A stretch of DNA of 32,000 bases from an uncultured Clostridia bacterium. Its GTDB lineage: Bacteria > Bacillota > Clostridia > Oscillospirales > Ruminococcaceae. Made by a program: the position numbers and the translations under genes. How positions within the stretch are numbered: the first letter of the stretch is position 1; each line of letters starts with the position of its first letter. This document shows, piece after piece, positions 31,755 to 32,000 of the stretch. The stretch lies in NCBI GenBank assembly GCA_947627905.1, contig CANQXX010000008.1, positions 10,818 to 42,817 of the forward strand, in the 5' to 3' direction. The notes below the pieces were generated by a model. It worked only from the letters and a program-made list of their open reading frames with translations. It was not told the DNA's origin and made no database searches.

Positions 31755-31786
31755 GAAAAAACGCCGCATAGAAAAACTATGCGGCG
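31755..31786 (-). terminator. Intrinsic terminator of the partial right-edge gene
   Basis: Stem cgccgcata / tatgcggcg with a 7-nt loop. The minus-strand reading is followed by TTTTTT. Confidence 0.8.
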
Positions 31787-31812
31787 AATTTTATTCACAT
31801 ATTATCAGCAGA

Positions 31813-32000
31813 TCAGAAAGCCGCGTCAATAATAAGGATAGCCTTTGTAGTAATTCCGCTTACCTTTATGATACGGTTTGAAAGGGAATCATAAATATTC
31901 TTTTTGCCCTTCATTACAGCAAGAAGCTCATCGGCATCTGCGCGGAAATTTACATCCATATCATCATATCTGTAAGGCTCTACAGCTATTGTCTGGTTGT
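31813..32000 (-). CDS. Hypothetical protein, C-terminal 61 codons only; the start lies outside the window
   Basis: The minus-strand frame is open to the window edge: NQTIAVEPYRYDDMDVNFRADADELLAVMKGKKNIYDSLSNRIIKVSGITTKAILIIDAAF, then a stop (TGA at 31815-31813) followed by a good terminator. I did not recognise a family. Confidence 0.5.
   Translation of the reverse strand, partial: NQTIAVEPYRYDDMDVNFRADADELLAVMKGKKNIYDSLSNRIIKVSGITTKAILIIDAAF

Noticed and set aside
1-32000. Looked for CRISPR arrays, IS elements or transposases, integrases, phage genes, toxin-antitoxin pairs, restriction-modification or other defence modules, and tRNA or rRNA genes
   Set aside because: I found none. There are no regularly spaced direct repeats, no recombinase-like translations and no long terminal inverted repeats. 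The gene content is housekeeping or envelope-related, with conserved synteny.

Overview
This window reads as ordinary chromosomal DNA from a Firmicutes/Clostridia-type genome. That placement is an inference from GGAGG-type ribosome-binding sites, repeated TTGACA-N17-TATAAT promoters, yaaO-darA-holB-ricT synteny, and DHHW/DUF4358/BspA-type surface genes. I saw no rRNA, tRNA, CRISPR array, transposase or integrase. About 30 credible CDS are present. In order: the 3' part of an AGCS alanine/Na+ symporter; two small envelope proteins, the first lacking any canonical start codon; an LRR lipoprotein; an SDR epimerase/dehydratase; a stand-alone TrpB2; a YegP (DUF1508) protein; a 1081-aa polytopic membrane protein; O-acetylhomoserine sulfhydrylase; a thiamine locus (TPP riboswitch-thiT-thiC, then a second atypical leader RNA-thiW-thiM-thiE-thiD); an iron-sulfur flavoprotein; a chemotaxis module (MCP, CheY, CheX-like protein); a probable four-gene envelope operon (MBOAT-DHHW-DUF4358-BspA-LRR/FN3); the conserved yaaO-darA-holB-ricT block followed by a small acidic membrane protein; a Thr-rich anchored surface protein; an Sfp-type PPTase; and a partial ORF at the right edge. 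Two candidates for something undescribed stand out. (1) The protein encoded directly after cheY has two 24-residue MshEN-type c-di-GMP-binding motifs, separated by exactly 5 residues, fused to a CheX-like CheY-P phosphatase domain. (2) The 182-nt thiC-thiW spacer folds into a TPP-riboswitch-like aptamer. Its pyrimidine-sensor half (P3, UGAGA, P3a, GACC) is retained, its pyrophosphate-sensor half is rearranged, and it carries a clear SD-sequestering expression platform. All calls come from reading the sequence and the supplied ORF translations; no database search was run.
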